Assembly: GCF_963506605.1 (NCBI RefSeq)
Contig: NC_083285.1
Coordinates: 34,348,001 to 34,412,000 of the forward strand
Source of the DNA: Zootoca vivipara
Lineage: Eukaryota
DNA: 64,000 bases
Reading direction: 5' to 3'
In this document: in pieces, positions 51,201-64,000 of the stretch
Numbering within the stretch: position 1 is the first letter of the stretch
How the letters are laid out: each line of letters opens with the position of its first letter
Position numbers and translations under genes: made by a program
Notes under the pieces: generated by a model
Databases searched by the model: none
What the model was told of the DNA's origin: nothing
Seen by the model: the letters and a program-made list of their open reading frames with translations, nothing else

Positions 51201-52241
51201 TCCATTATGTTGCTTTGAGTCCATGGAAACTCACTGCCAATTGGTTTTTCTTTGGAGAATAAACTAATTTTTAAATCTATGTATTAACCTAGAGCCAATT
51301 CCATGTGCATCATTTTCTATCCACCCCCCCCCCTTTTCTTTTTGGAATGGATTCCTTTATTGATCAGGAAGCTTCTGTCAGGGCGTTCAATAAAAGGTCT
51401 TAATGAAAAACTTATTTTAGAAAAAGATTAATAATATAGCCAGTGGAAACCAATTTCTTCATGTTTAATCCCCTAATCTATTTTACATTATTTCCCAAGA
51501 GGGCCCTGGACTTCATGGATACATGGTGCATAGAATCAATTGTGCTAGAAAAAGCACATGGAACATAGTTAGATCTTTTAAAACCCACCAAGTTTCTACA
51601 AAAAGTATTTCTAAAATACTTTCATAAACTTTGAACCAAGGGCCATTTGGGTGCTACATAACTGTGGTGCTTTTCTATGTTGCTGCATGAAGGACATTTC
51701 CTCCCAAACTCTCCCAGTGTGCTATCTGGGGACTTCTCTGCATAGAAGGGAGTTGGAAAACCCTGGAGCATTCATGTGTATTGAGAGGGATCAAGGGCTA
51801 CAAAAACAAGCTGGCCCGGGACAGCTCTTACATGTGTGTCTTTAGAGTGTCTGGAGCTGCCATCAGTTGCACAGTTGGACAATGTGTGATTGGCAGCAGC
51901 CCATTTTGGCAGCACAGCATTCTCACAAATCTCAGCTCTAACATGGAGGTGCCAGTCGAGTTCTCACCAGATCTGAGGCATGATTTCCAATGCATATGTC
52001 AAAATTTGCTTACTTGTTGAGGGAAAGCATATTAACGAGTAGCCTGGCATTTGCAAACAAAAACCAAAAGTAATTCTCCACTTTTCATCCCGTTAGATGC
52101 TAATCACAGCAGAGTAGCACAACAATTTCCACTGCCCGATTTTAAAGTTGGCAGGGAACTGTACACTCCCTGTACAGGCCTACAGAAAAGCTCTAAAAGG
52201 CAATCGATTTCAAAGGTTTGCATTGGTTTTTCTTTGATAAT

Positions 52242-52533
52242 GTTGTTGTTGTTGTTTAGTCGTTTAGTCGTGTCCGACTCTTCGTGACCCCATGGACCAG
52301 AGCATGCCAGGCACTCCTGTTTTCCACTGCCTTCCGCAGTTTGGCCAGACTCATGTTGGTGGCTTCGAGAACACTGTCCAACCATCTCGTCCTCTGTCGT
52401 CCCCTTCTCCTTGTGCCCCCAAACTTTCCCAACATCAGGGTCATTTCCAGGGAGTCTTCTTTTCTCATGAGGTGGCCCAAGTATTGGAGCCTCAGATTCA
52501 GGATCTGTCCTTCCAGTGAGCACTCAGGGCAGA
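52242..52533 (-). mobile_element. BovB (RTE) LINE 3' fragment
   Basis: GHLMRKEDSLEMTLMLGK...RRRGRQRTRWLD, (CAA)n tail, TSD tttctttga(t/c)aat at 52229-52241 and 52534-52546. Confidence 0.92.
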
Positions 52534-53667
52534 TTTCTTTGACAATAGGGGGCTGTTATATTGGAGAATACTTGCTTTAGTTTTATGGGTGAAGGGCCAA
52601 AGACAGAAGGGGTGTGGCAGGAGGGGAAAGGCAGGATTGGAAAGGAGGGGCAGAAAAGGGAGGTCGTGGTGGGTAGAGGGAAGGGGGTGCTCAATGGGTG
52701 ACACAAAAGGCAACTTACTGATACTCTATTGCCCACAACCACCTGAAACCCTGATCTACAATCTCATCTACAGTACTGGATTCTTCTCTCCCAGATTACT
52801 GCAAAGTCATGGCAGCCAGAGGGTTCAGGAAGTAAAAAAGGGATTAAAAAGAATTAATAAGTCTCCAAATATAAAATGTTGCTTTCCTTAGCAGGCTGCA
52901 GTCTTGGCTCACTGACCTGCATTCAATAATTATTTTGTTTTGTTTTATTTGGCATATTATCAAAGCAAAGGACTCTGAATGTATTCCATAGCTTGCCAAA
53001 CGTAAGCTCAACTAATTTATAAGAATAATATGAAAAGTAAAGGAGAAGCTGATCCCTGTTTACAGGTTTCCCATTGTAATTTCATATGATAAAAAAAATG
53101 GAAAGGGGAGAGAAAAGACAAGTGTCATTAGGTCTACTGTATTTTAACAAGACTACATTACTATGTCTCATTACAGTGAGATGTTTTACATTCACACAGT
53201 GACATTAATTGCTATACTTTAAGGTTTTAACCTGTTGTAGTGGATGTTCCACTTGTATCATGGTTGGTATCACGTGCTTGCATTCATATCTATTCTCAAA
53301 CCTGAGCTAGCTTGAACTGAATCATTAACATATCCTTTGGAAAAGAAAACCAGAGATTTTTGTATCATGCACTAGAATATTATCAGCTTTCCCCAAGCTG
53401 CTACCCTCCAGATGTTTTAGGATGGAACTCATTTTATCTGATGAGAATTGTAGTCCTAAACACCAACTTTTAAAGAAAGGAATCTACATTGTTTGTATGT
53501 GATTAGTTTAGTAGCCTACTGTGCTGTGCTGAAATCTGTCCACCAGTTTCTATCATGTTGTCATCTTCTGTGAAACAAGTTTGTATGTTTCTGTCTCATT
53601 CATAGAATCTTTATAATTTCTCAGGAATTTCAGTGAGTGCAGGGTGTGTTTTTTTTTTTTTGCTTAC

Positions 53668-53769
53668 CTTGGCCATTGTGAGGTGTTTAAGGGCAGTGTA
53701 TGTGTCTTATGTTCCAGTAAACATTTCTCTAGCACTCTGCAGCTTTCCTCGCTACCTAAGCTTCCTGAT
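53668..53769 (-). other. MGAT4C: Candidate upstream MGAT4C exon (102 nt) with in-frame ATG at 53676 (adds MAKE)
   Basis: On the - strand: branch-site CTAAC, ctttttcag acceptor, AAG|GTAAGC donor. ACAATGG is a strong Kozak context, in frame with GAG ATG of the 44929 exon. Confidence 0.55.
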
Positions 53770-54263
53770 CTGAAAAAGCCCCATAGGAGGAGTTAGGTCA
53801 TGATATCTTCTCCTGAGGTATGACTGAAATGCAAGCACTCAGGAAGGTTCCAAAGAGCAGACCAATGGTGAGTCGATCTGAAGCTTTAAAGGACACTCAC
53901 AGACACCCCTCAAGCACCTCAGAGCTGAGACAAGCACAACAAAACCCTGCTCTCCACCTATGTGAATTTTATCAAAGTTTTCTCTTCTCTTTGATAATTT
54001 TCAAATGCAATAATTTTTCCTTACAAATTGATAGAAAACGGTCAAAATAAATGCTGGATAATCTGTTAGCACAGCAGCATCAGTTTAATAATTATATTAA
54101 GCAGTGATATTTTTCTAGAAAAAGAGATGTAAGAACTCACCACACACACCTCCCTTGTTCTCTTACAATGAAAATGGTGCCCTCCTGAGAGGTGCTGTAA
54201 CTGAGTTCTGGCTGAAAAACAGCCCTGGTATTAAGTGCCTTGATAACTAAGAGAGGAAGGCAG

Positions 54264-54297
<34 letters not shown>
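54264..54297. repeat. (GTT)n microsatellite
   Basis: Direct reading. Confidence 0.9.
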
Positions 54298-54298
<1 letters not shown>

Positions 54299-56189
54299 TT
54301 AAAAAATAAACAGAAAAATAAATAAACCCAACCGCATACCTATGAATCTTGCTGTGAGCCTGCCATGCCCAACACAAGGACTGAATTGTAATTCTCCTCT
54401 AGTGAAATGGCATCCCTGTGCATATAATTGGAAATACTGCTCCCTCTCTCTCTCTCACACACACACACCAAATCTGATTTGTCTCACATTATACCCAAGC
54501 CTGACAATATATTTCAGTGTCAGAGTAGCATTACAAAGATCCATAATTTATCCACGAAAAGCTTTTTTTTTGCTTTAAACAGATTAATTATACATTGAGA
54601 TAAAGTCTTTCATGTATAACTAAGAAATCTCACTCTCATCTAATGCTGTTTTAAAATCCAAAGTATCATTTCTTAGACACCCTTCACTGCACAGGGCTTT
54701 CCATATATATATATATATATCATCAGTTCTTATGCTCTGTGGGGATCAATGAAAACCATGTTCGAGATGTTTTAATTTGTACATAGCAGAACAGATTGGG
54801 ATTTCATTTGCGGCAGTGTAATTGAGATAATATCCTTTTCCAATAAGGCGGAATATTAGATTTTCATCAGCGTGCCTCCATTTTGAAGGTGGCAAAAGAA
54901 GAGTTTTCAAATAGGCATAGTTGCTGAGGAACATCCCTGTCCCCGAGCTTATTCACCCAGTGAATAAACCTCAAGGAGAAGGCATGCCAGCAGTTATCTC
55001 AGCAGATTGCAAATAATGGGACTAAACTGGAATTGTGCCCATATCCGAGGCCAATGTTCTACTGTTAGAGGAGGAAGATGAGACAAGCATCTATACAAAA
55101 CTGAATATATTGGAACACCAGCTGCTGTCTTTCAGATGGCAGTGAGGATTAATGTAGGTGGGTTAAGAACATGAATTGAGCCATGTTTCTCATTCACACG
55201 TTTCATTAGGTTTCATTTTTAATACGCATAGGCACATAGGAAGCTGCTCTGTATTGTGATCAGACCATTGGTCCTTCTAATTCAGTATTGTTGACTCTCA
55301 CTGGTAGCAGTTCTCCAGGGTTTGAGCTTGGGACCTCCTAGGTGCAAAATATTCGCTCTAGCCCTGAGCTATGAACCTTTCAAAGTGAAAAGGTGGATGG
55401 TTGTTTACATACACCCATGGTTGTTTTTCTGAGGAAAGATATTGCAAGAGATTATTCTTTCAGGGCTGTTTCTTGCTGAAATCTTACACCGTAGCTTCAC
55501 ATAAAATCCATAGTAATAAATTATATTCCATTCCATAGATATGAAAGAAGATGTGATACACATAAATATTTGTTCTTATCCACTGGAACGATAAGGTGCT
55601 ATCTAACCCTTGGGTAAGTTTGCACTAAAGACTTGAAATTCTACCTCCATTTTTCAATCAAACTGAATAAATCATATATCAAAGCTTATACATGAAGGTT
55701 AATTCACACTCTTTCAGGTGGAGTTTTTCTGAGTCTGAACAAACATCACTGTCAGCAGTAGCAGCAATGCAAAAAAGAATGACAAAGACTATTCAGAAAA
55801 AATGATGTCCAAAATTAGCAGACAAATCCTGTAGTCTACAAAGTAAATGAAGGACTTGGCATTTTTTTAAAAAATAATAATGAATATATTGCAGATGGAG
55901 CATAGATAATTTTTGTCTTCATATGCCTTGTGTCACTTTGCTACACATTTCATCCAAATAATTACTTACTAATGAATTAAAATGCACCATCTGCCTATTT
56001 TGCTACGGGATCCATCTCTGCAGCTAGCCTAGAAGGCAACAACATAAATGGCTCTATTAAGACAGTAAATGTGATATAAGTTTGTGAAGGCAGCAAATGC
56101 AAGTGATCCAATTAGAACAAGTTGCAAACTTTAGGGACTACAATTTCTTCCCTTGCATGATGTAGGGAGAATGAGATGAGGATGATGGT

Positions 56190-56385
56190 GATGGTGATGG
56201 TATCCCACCTTTCCTTAAAGGAGCTCAAGGTGACATCCCATGGTGATCCTCCTCCTCTTTGCAATCACCCTATGAGGTGAAGCTGAGAGACTGTGACTGA
56301 CCCAAGATGGTCTAGTGAGCTTCATGGCTGTGTGGGGATTTGAACCACAGTCTCCCAAGTCCTAGTCTAACCACTGCACCTGACT
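56190..56385 (-). mobile_element. Old CORE-type SINE
   Basis: gtgactgacccaag..gtgagcttcatggctg..ggatttgaacc is the reverse complement of a tRNA/CORE head. Confidence 0.6.
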
Positions 56386-58451
56386 TACAATTGTTCTGAT
56401 GTTGGGTAACTTGAAAGAACAAAAATCAAACATATTGCCATAGCCATGGAAACCAGGACCATCGACAGTAAATGTGTGACATTTCTTTGATCAATAAATT
56501 CAAGACGGACTGTCATGCAGGTATACACCAGGATAGAACTGCACCTCCAAATGCAAAAAGAAAGGAGGGGAGAATTCAAGTAACATACAGCCTGAAAGTA
56601 GAGAACGGTGATGTAAGAACCAGAGCTCCAGCTTTGGTTTTATTACTACTTGTTCAAGTCAACAACTGGAATGAATATACCCAATAACATTTTCCATTTG
56701 CAATTTGTCTCTTGTTGTCAAATGTCTGAGCTGGAGCAGGTGCAATCTAGTTTCTATAGCTTTGGTGTGTTCATTGGGTAAGTGTGCTTCTTTTGATTTC
56801 TCTCCGCCCCCAACCATTCTGGTTTTTCTGCTGTGGGGGTTTTAGATAGAAAGAGCATCTTGACTTTCGGTGCCTAAGTGCTGATCAAAAGGAAGGAGGA
56901 AAAAAACCAAACCTATGCACTCCGCAGGTGTTCCTTCTTGGTCTCGCTTAACGATCAGTTTTAGTGACTTGGATGTGCAGAGCTGCCAATATTAAATGTA
57001 AAAGATATCACACGGTGAGTACCATTAGCTTCTCAAGTTATATAGGGTGAAATTATTGATTTCTAAGACTTATTTTTAGTCATTTATCATGGGGCAAGGC
57101 ACCTGCAGGAAAAGCCTGACACTTTTATAAAGCTGCTCAGTGATTAGGTATTCCCTATTTACTGATGATTCTTTAGTATAACAGCATCTACAACAGCAGA
57201 CAATGTTTTCCAAAATATTTCCATTGCAGTAAGAAATCCACCCCAAGGGCCTTTGTATCTGCTAGCATTTCCAGTTGCATAACCTGTTAATACTCGTGTG
57301 AGTTATCCACATGTGCCCAGATTTATTTTAATCATGTTAATACATCACTGTGAACTGCTACTTTACAAACTAGGTAATTTGTTGCCTGAAGGCATTAGAC
57401 TATATGCTGAAAACTTCATGTTTCAATAAGCAACACAGTTATTTCTCATTTGGCATGTCTAGAGGAGAGTGAGAGAGATAGTTAGAAGGATGTGTTACCT
57501 ACAATGAGTCTCCCATGAATATTTCAAGTGATGTGATATTCATACTCATCTAGTGAATCAACCTCATTATGGTCTTTGCAAATTCACAGAAAGGCACATA
57601 ATTGATCTGTAGTCCATTGCATAGCTTAACCCAATTATTTCATAAGGTGGGGGGGAATCTACCTTCAGTTATTCACAAAACTGTGACTTTCCCTTTGCTG
57701 GTGATAAACTGGATTATGAATTCTTTCAAATTTTAATTGTGGGGACAGTGAAAAGTGAGTGAATGGATAAATGGGGTATGGATGGTATGAATAGGCTATT
57801 TTATCTACCATTGACTACACAGATTGCAGAGGATGAGTAAAAGAGTGGTTCCCTTTGTCTTCAAACAATTGGAATACGGCCCATATATGACCCCTAAATG
57901 ATGATCGATTCCAACACCTCTGAATTCAATGAACTGGGTTAGGAGGAATCCCAAACACTCTTGCTGAGTAACTTTGACTGGGCAAACATTTAAATCACAT
58001 CTCCTCCCACAAACCACAATCCTGGGAACTATGATTTACCCTTTACAGGACTATAATTCTCAGCACCCTTAACAAACTTCTGTTGCTAGGATTATTTGGT
58101 GCAGGGAATGGGCATTTAAATTTATTGTGCAAATGAAGCCTACCACTCAAATACAATGCTAATAAGAAATGGAACTGGAATTGGCACTAAATTTTACTCA
58201 TAATGGGCGGGGGGGGGCCAAGATGAATTTAAAGATTCTCCCTTGGTCAAAGCATCCAGCACATTTTGAGGGAAGCAAAACTAACTTCAGTAAGACTGGT
58301 GGTATTTCTCAGGACATTTCTCATTCATGTATTCCAAGATAAGCAAGATTTGGGCTCAGCAATCTTTATTTTTTTCTTACGTATTGTTTTCCTTAGAAAA
58401 AAACCCAATGAGTTCCCCTCTTTGTTTTTAATTCCCCTAAGCAATGACATT

Positions 58452-59024
58452 TCATTATTTTCTTGGGCTCCTTGATCACTGCAGATGGTGACAGCAGTCA
58501 CGAAATTAAAAGACGCCTGCTTCTTGGGAGAAAAGCAATGACAAACCTAGACAGCATCTTAAAAAGCAGAGACATCACCTTGCCGACGAAGGTCCGTATA
58601 GTTAAAGCTATGGTTTTCCCAGTAGTGATGTATGGAAGTGAGAGTTGGACCATGAAGAATTGATGCTTTTGAATTATGGTGCTGGAGGAGACTCTTGAGA
58701 GTCCCATGGACTGCAAGAAGATCAAACCTTAAGGAAATCAGCCCTGAGTGCTCCCTGGAAGGACAGATCGTGAAGCTGAGGCTCCAATACTTTGGCCACC
58801 TCATGAGAAGAGAAGAATCCTTGGAAAAGACCCTGATGTTGGGAAAGATTGAGGGCACTAGGAGAAGGGGACGACAGAGGGCGAGATGGTTGGATAGTGT
58901 TCTCGAAGCTACGAACATGAGTTTGACCAAACTGCGGGAGGCAGTGCAAGACAGGAGTGCCTGGCGTGCTATGGTCCATGGGGTCACGAAGAGTCGGACA
59001 CGACTAAACGACTAAACAACAACA
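58452..59024 (+). mobile_element. BovB (RTE) LINE 3' fragment, frameshifted
   Basis: SHEIKRRLLLGRKAMTNLDSILKSRDITLPTKVRIVKAMVFPVVMYG...YFGHLMRR, (CAA)n tail, TSD aagcaatg(a/t)catt at 58439-58451 and 59025-59037. Confidence 0.95.
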
Positions 59025-60248
59025 AAGCAATGTCATTCTGACATAAGGTTTGCAAAGTGTTTTCCTTTGCCGGTATTCCTCTGTGGACCAAGTGCATTAT
59101 CTCGGAACCGGCCTTTAAAGGAAATGCTGCTCTGGGTTGCCCTGAACAGACAGACTATGTCAGTGCACATTAAAAGAGAACTAGTATTATATATTTTGCC
59201 AGCTATGCAAACCAGCCATTATTCTTCCACTAAAAGCAGCCCTTGTGACCTCTGCTTCTGTGCAAGACACCTGCAACAGATAAATGCCTGCCCAGCAGAA
59301 CTATCTGATTGGGAAGTTCATTGCGAATTCTCTTTTCCCTGCCAAGTTTTGAGGTGATAAAATGGTGTCGGTCTAATCACCAAGAATACTATTATCATTC
59401 AGGGAAGGATACAAATTAGTGAATGATCACCACCACCCCTGGCTTGTTTCAGAATTAAGATCAGCAAATGGAGGTGTTTTGCCTGCCAATCATAAAACAC
59501 TTCACTATCTTCAATGCCTGATTACAAAATTCGGACTCTTTTGGTGCCCAGTGTATAATCAACAGAGTGTGATTTCTGAATGAGTCCCTCACCCATCAGT
59601 AAACTGTTGCCCCACAACGTGACAATACTTGACTAGATGGACACATAGTCGGACACTGGGTAAGGCAGCTCTCGTGGTTCCTGCCTTTGTTTTTGTTTAA
59701 AAGAATAATGTTAATAATTGGGGTAGAAACCAAACAGCTCTTAGGAAAGAAAGTGACACAGAGAAAAGAAGTGGTTGTTGCCTAGTATAATAAAAGAAAG
59801 GGAAAGAGTCATAATCTGGCTAAAACAATGGGGTAAGCCTGAAATAGAGGATATTGGTGTCTGGAATTAAGCCACAGTGTATTGAAGGATTTTAGTTTGA
59901 ATTTCTCCTAATTTGCTTGTATGCAATTTTCCCTAAAACCTGAGTTTTTTGGGGGGGAACCACCATGTTCCCACATTTATGCATTAGTTAGTTGTTTTTA
60001 TGCATACTTCTCCCTAATTTGTGCACTTTTGGGCACATGACTTCGCTGGAGAACTGCATTGCAAAATTCAGGGCAGTGTGAATTTCAAAAAGATGATTGT
60101 GCATTGATTCAGGTATTGTTTCAGAAGGTGTGAATGAGGTAGATTAGCCTTTAAAAGTGAACTTAATGCAAACTGGGTGCCATGAGCAATGGTCTGTATC
60201 AACGTCCTTCACCAGAATATGAATTCTCTCCCTCCCCTGGAATTTAGT

Positions 60249-60489
60249 CAGGGCCGTCTTAAGTATATTTGGCGCCCTGGCGCCGTGGTGCAACGGATCC
60301 CTCCAGCGCCCCCACCCCACTCCATTTCCCAGCGTGGCGGGCGGGCGGAGCTGCACGGGCGGAGCTGTGTGACCGGGCGGGCGGGCGGGTGCAGTGCACA
60401 GCACGGCTGCTGGGGGTGCAGCTCCACAGCGGGCGGGGGGGGTGCCCTGGCGCCCTGCGCCACCCAGCCTGGCCGTAGGGCTGGCCCTG
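60249..60489. mobile_element. GC-rich hAT-superfamily MITE
   Basis: TIRs CAGGGCC / GGCCCTG and perfect 8-bp TSD aatttagt (60241-60248, 60490-60497). Confidence 0.88.
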
Positions 60490-62072
60490 AATTTAGTGCC
60501 CCAAGTCAGTGGCAGACTTTGGGTTCTCAATTTTGAGCGGCACCTGTGTGATGCTAAAATTCAGCGCCCCTCCCCCCGGATGCCTCTTGCATTCCGTTCT
60601 ACATCATTGTTTTGGCACTCCCTGCAACATGGTGCCCAGTCAAACTGCACCAGTTGTGCCACCCTAAAACTGCCTCTCCCTCTCCCTTTCTTTGAGATTG
60701 TGATACACTCATTTCAAATAAACGCCACTTTGCAAAGAAAAGCCCTTTCGTGCTGCAGTCAAAGTTCTCTTTTGATTTGGTTTCAATAGCAGTTCTGTGA
60801 CCAATCATATGTGAAAAATAGGTTACAATGAAGAAGCTCCAGGTCTGATGGAAGAAGGGTAAAGCCAGGGATACATGTAATTCTCAAAGCTTTCATCGTT
60901 AATATTTTATGGACCTCGCTGGTGTGCCCTGAAGTAGAAGCACACATACAAAAAAGATCTTCCACTTAAGCATGCAAGGCAAAGTAATAGGTTTCATCTC
61001 TAGATGGAGGGAGGTGAAATTCAAAGCGCAACCAAGATGTCAGGAGTAAGAAACAAAACCATTTTCCTCCATCTTATTCGTGACAGGCCTTTCTTGCGAG
61101 GCTTGGCCTTCTCTGCACAACAGAGACATCGCTGGAATACAAAGCTTTACATAAAATGACCAACGGACCGAAATCTGATCCATACAGTATCTGAGATTTA
61201 TTCAGTCCCCATTTATAATTCCTCTTCATATTCCGGAAGTCTCCAATAATCAATGTTCATCTCTTAACCAAATACTGAAGAAGACGGTGATTAGCTCAAA
61301 CAATCTGTCTACGTGCTGGATTTATTTGCATGGTGGGAGGGTGGGAAGAATATAAAAGAAAAATCATTCTTTTCATGCATTCGCTGACCCATCTCAATTT
61401 ATTAGCCCAAAGTGAAAGATCTGTATCAGCTAAACAGCTTTAAATTAGTTATCTAAAATAGTAAGCACTGAAATTGAAGAGGCTCCCTCCCCCAATTAAT
61501 GGAAGCATTAATGCATTTTTCTAAGAACACAGCTATGTTAAGGGTTTGGGTGGTCCCATTAAATGGAGACAAGTGTTAACTAAGCTTAAAAAAAAAAACA
61601 CCCCACACAGCCTTCATTCAGTGACCCCTATCACTGAGACAGACAAACATAGTTTGGGCAAGAACTGGGTAAATAAGGTTTATGCCCAAAAGCCTTCTGC
61701 ATTGTGACTGGAGAATGAAATTAAGGACCCCAACAGTTATAGTCTATTTTTAAAAAAACTAAGATGGAAAATTTGCTGTTAACTTGCAAATATTTATGGT
61801 TCCGATGTAGATGTCCCATCATATTTTCATGATTCTTTTTGACATCTGCAGGTGGTGACTTATGGCCATCTACTTATTGAGGGTGGTTTCAGTGTTATCC
61901 TAGATCCAGGGTTGGATTGAAACTGCCCTCTTTTCAGCAAAATCACAAGCTAGGGAATCTTTGTTTGCTTATATAACAGAACTACAGGTCACGGATATCT
62001 GGTGCCTCACACTCTTCTTGTGATACTACACATTTGCCTCTTCTTACATCAAAACTGTTTTAGGGTGGATTA

Positions 62073-62075
<3 letters not shown>

Positions 62076-62158
<83 letters not shown>

Positions 62159-62619
62159 TGGGCATGGGGGTTGGTCTCCACTTTTCTCCAAAACCGCTTG
62201 ACCAATTGGACACAACGTCCCAAGCGAATATGTGAGTGACCATATACAGGTTTCGTAGATAGATGTCACACCTGTGGCATGTAAAACCCCATTTTTTGAA
62301 GCTCGAAACCCACACAGCAAACCTTGCCGGGCATGCTGGGAAAAGAACCAGGTTACACAACATCGCCCTCTAGTGGCGGCTACACTGGTACTACAGCTAT
62401 AAAACCTTCGGCCTCTATCTGCGACTACACTGGTACTGCAGCTAGAAAACCTTCCCTCTCCAAAACACCTTGGCTCGCCTTTACAGACTAGGCCGAATGG
62501 AAGTGGGACTCACCTGGGTGGGGGTGGGGGGGAGGAGGGGGTGGGATAGTTCATGGATCAGGACAGGGTGGGGAGAATCACAGGGAAGAGCTACAGCAAT
62601 GCGTGGCCGGGCCAGCTAG
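62076..62619 (+). mobile_element. Non-autonomous Helitron
   Basis: 5' TC after host A (62075), subterminal hairpin gctac-agcaatgc-gtggc, 3' CTAG followed by host T (62620), no TSD. The 5' end is expanded into (CT)n(AT)n. Confidence 0.72.
62361..62379 (-). promoter_or_regulatory. Candidate CTCF site inside the Helitron
   Basis: Minus strand CGCCACTAGAGGGCGATG is a near-consensus core. Confidence 0.55.
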
Positions 62620-63244
62620 TTATTTATATATTTATATATTCAGGTCTTTGATTCCTCTGAGTGAATGGGGAAGGCCTCGCTTAGGCAAAATTATAATAAT
62701 TTCGTTAAGATCCTACAAAATTAAAATAATTTTGTTAAGATTCACATATTCCAAGAGGCTTTCCACATGCCTATGGGTTGGGATTGCAAGAGAAGTGAAC
62801 AAATTTATAGATTAGTGTGTGTGTCACATAAATATCAAAAATCTTGTTCCTTCCTTCCTTCTTTAGTGTAAAGCCCCCACCTTAGGTCACACCCCTCACT
62901 AACCTAGCTCCATGCTTTTGCCTGCTTGGAATGTGTCCTTGAACTATAATAATATGACTGATTGCCTGAATGGATGGGTGCGTGCAGAAACCGCTGACTT
63001 CCCATGACTGGAATGCAGTCTAACATACAAAGGTAAAATTCGCATTTGTTGCTCTGTCCACTTTTCTTCCTGGTCGAATGTCCCTAGAGGTTCACTCTGG
63101 TAAGCAGCAGTGACTTTGCTGCTTGAAGATCAGGTATGGAGTTCTGCACCACCCCGCCATCCACTACCAGTGCCACGTAATTAGCTTGATTACCACACAA
63201 CAGACAATTTTCATGCAACAATGAACGTGAAATGGCTCAATAAT

Positions 63245-63470
63245 GGAATCAAGAATTGTAGCATTGGAAGGTACCCCTGGGTAATCTAGTGCAACCCTTT
63301 GCAATGTAGAAATGTCAACTAAGACATCCATGACAGATGGCCCTTGAAGCTCTGCTTAAGAACCTCCAAGGAAGAAGTCCACCACCTTCTGAGGGTCTTA
63401 CTGTCAGAAAGTCTTTCCTGATGTTCATTTGGAATCTTCTTTCTTGTAACTTGAATCCATTGGTTTGGTG
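63245..63470 (-). mobile_element. CR1 LINE 3' fragment
   Basis: Minus strand NGFKLQERRFQMNIRKDFLTVR; reverse-complement similarity to 33650-33897. Confidence 0.8.
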
Positions 63471-64000
63471 ACAGGTGAGTAGCATGCAATGAATGAGAAG
63501 ACAGGTGTTCTTTGTTCTTAAATAAGTTCTTCCATACTTAGAGTTTTGAAGGCCATCCAGCAAAGAAAGCCTTCCAAAACAGATTAGCAGTGGAGGATCA
63601 GTCTGGTGTTGGCTAAGCAACCATTATTACTGGACAACCAGATCTATTTCAATAATTACAAAGCTAGGCAATAGATCAGCAAGCAGAAGTCCCTCTGTGA
63701 TTTATCCATAAACACAGGCACTGTTTGGTTTACAATAAAATGAATTAAAATTGAATTAGAAGCAACTGATATAAAAAAGCTTCTGTAGAATCTGAAAGCT
63801 ATGGTCACTCATACACACTCAGACCCTGGGGATATTAACAAGGTTATAAAAGGAGAGCCGGCAACTGGCACTTTAAATAATAAATGACGATAATAAAGAG
63901 AGAGAGCAGTGCCAAGCTGCTAGGAAATGGGAGAAAGCATAATTGTATAATTTGAAGATGAATTAATGTTCACTAGCCTGTTAGCATTCTAAGGCTGCTA

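Noticed and set aside
58463-59015. Functional reverse transcriptase gene
   Set aside because: 5'-truncated BovB fragment with deletions and frameshift covering only the ORF C-terminus.

Overview
Vertebrate genomic DNA, most likely a lacertid lizard judging by the repeat complement (Sauria SINE, CORE-type squamate SINE, BovB, CR1, L2, Penelope-like elements). There are two convergent protein-coding genes in the conserved vertebrate NTS-MGAT4C arrangement. (1) NTS, the neurotensin/neuromedin N precursor, lies on + and is complete: 4 exons (2516-2585, 7214-7275, 13045-13269, 14240-14386), 167 aa. It has a TATA/CRE-AP-1 promoter in a CpG island and two AATAAA signals. It encodes neurotensin QLHVNKARRPYIL and a neuromedin N variant KTPYIL. 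(2) MGAT4C, a GT54 N-acetylglucosaminyltransferase, lies on - with 3 coding exons (44926-44777, 41170-41023, 39993-38837), 484 aa. A candidate further upstream exon at 53769-53668 supplies an in-frame strong-Kozak ATG. The rest is intron/intergenic DNA rich in retroelements, hAT/Tigger MITEs, a Helitron and microsatellites. The most unusual observations are: four same-orientation Penelope-like insertions with TSDs, three of which break inside a hammerhead-ribozyme-like module and several of which form fold-back palindromes; a nested-palindrome hAT MITE packed with YY1/ETS motifs; a Helitron carrying a strong CTCF motif; and a (TTA)n expansion between the branch point and acceptor of the last MGAT4C exon. 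No prokaryote-type system is present. Family names and cross-species comparisons are from recognition and memory, not database searches.
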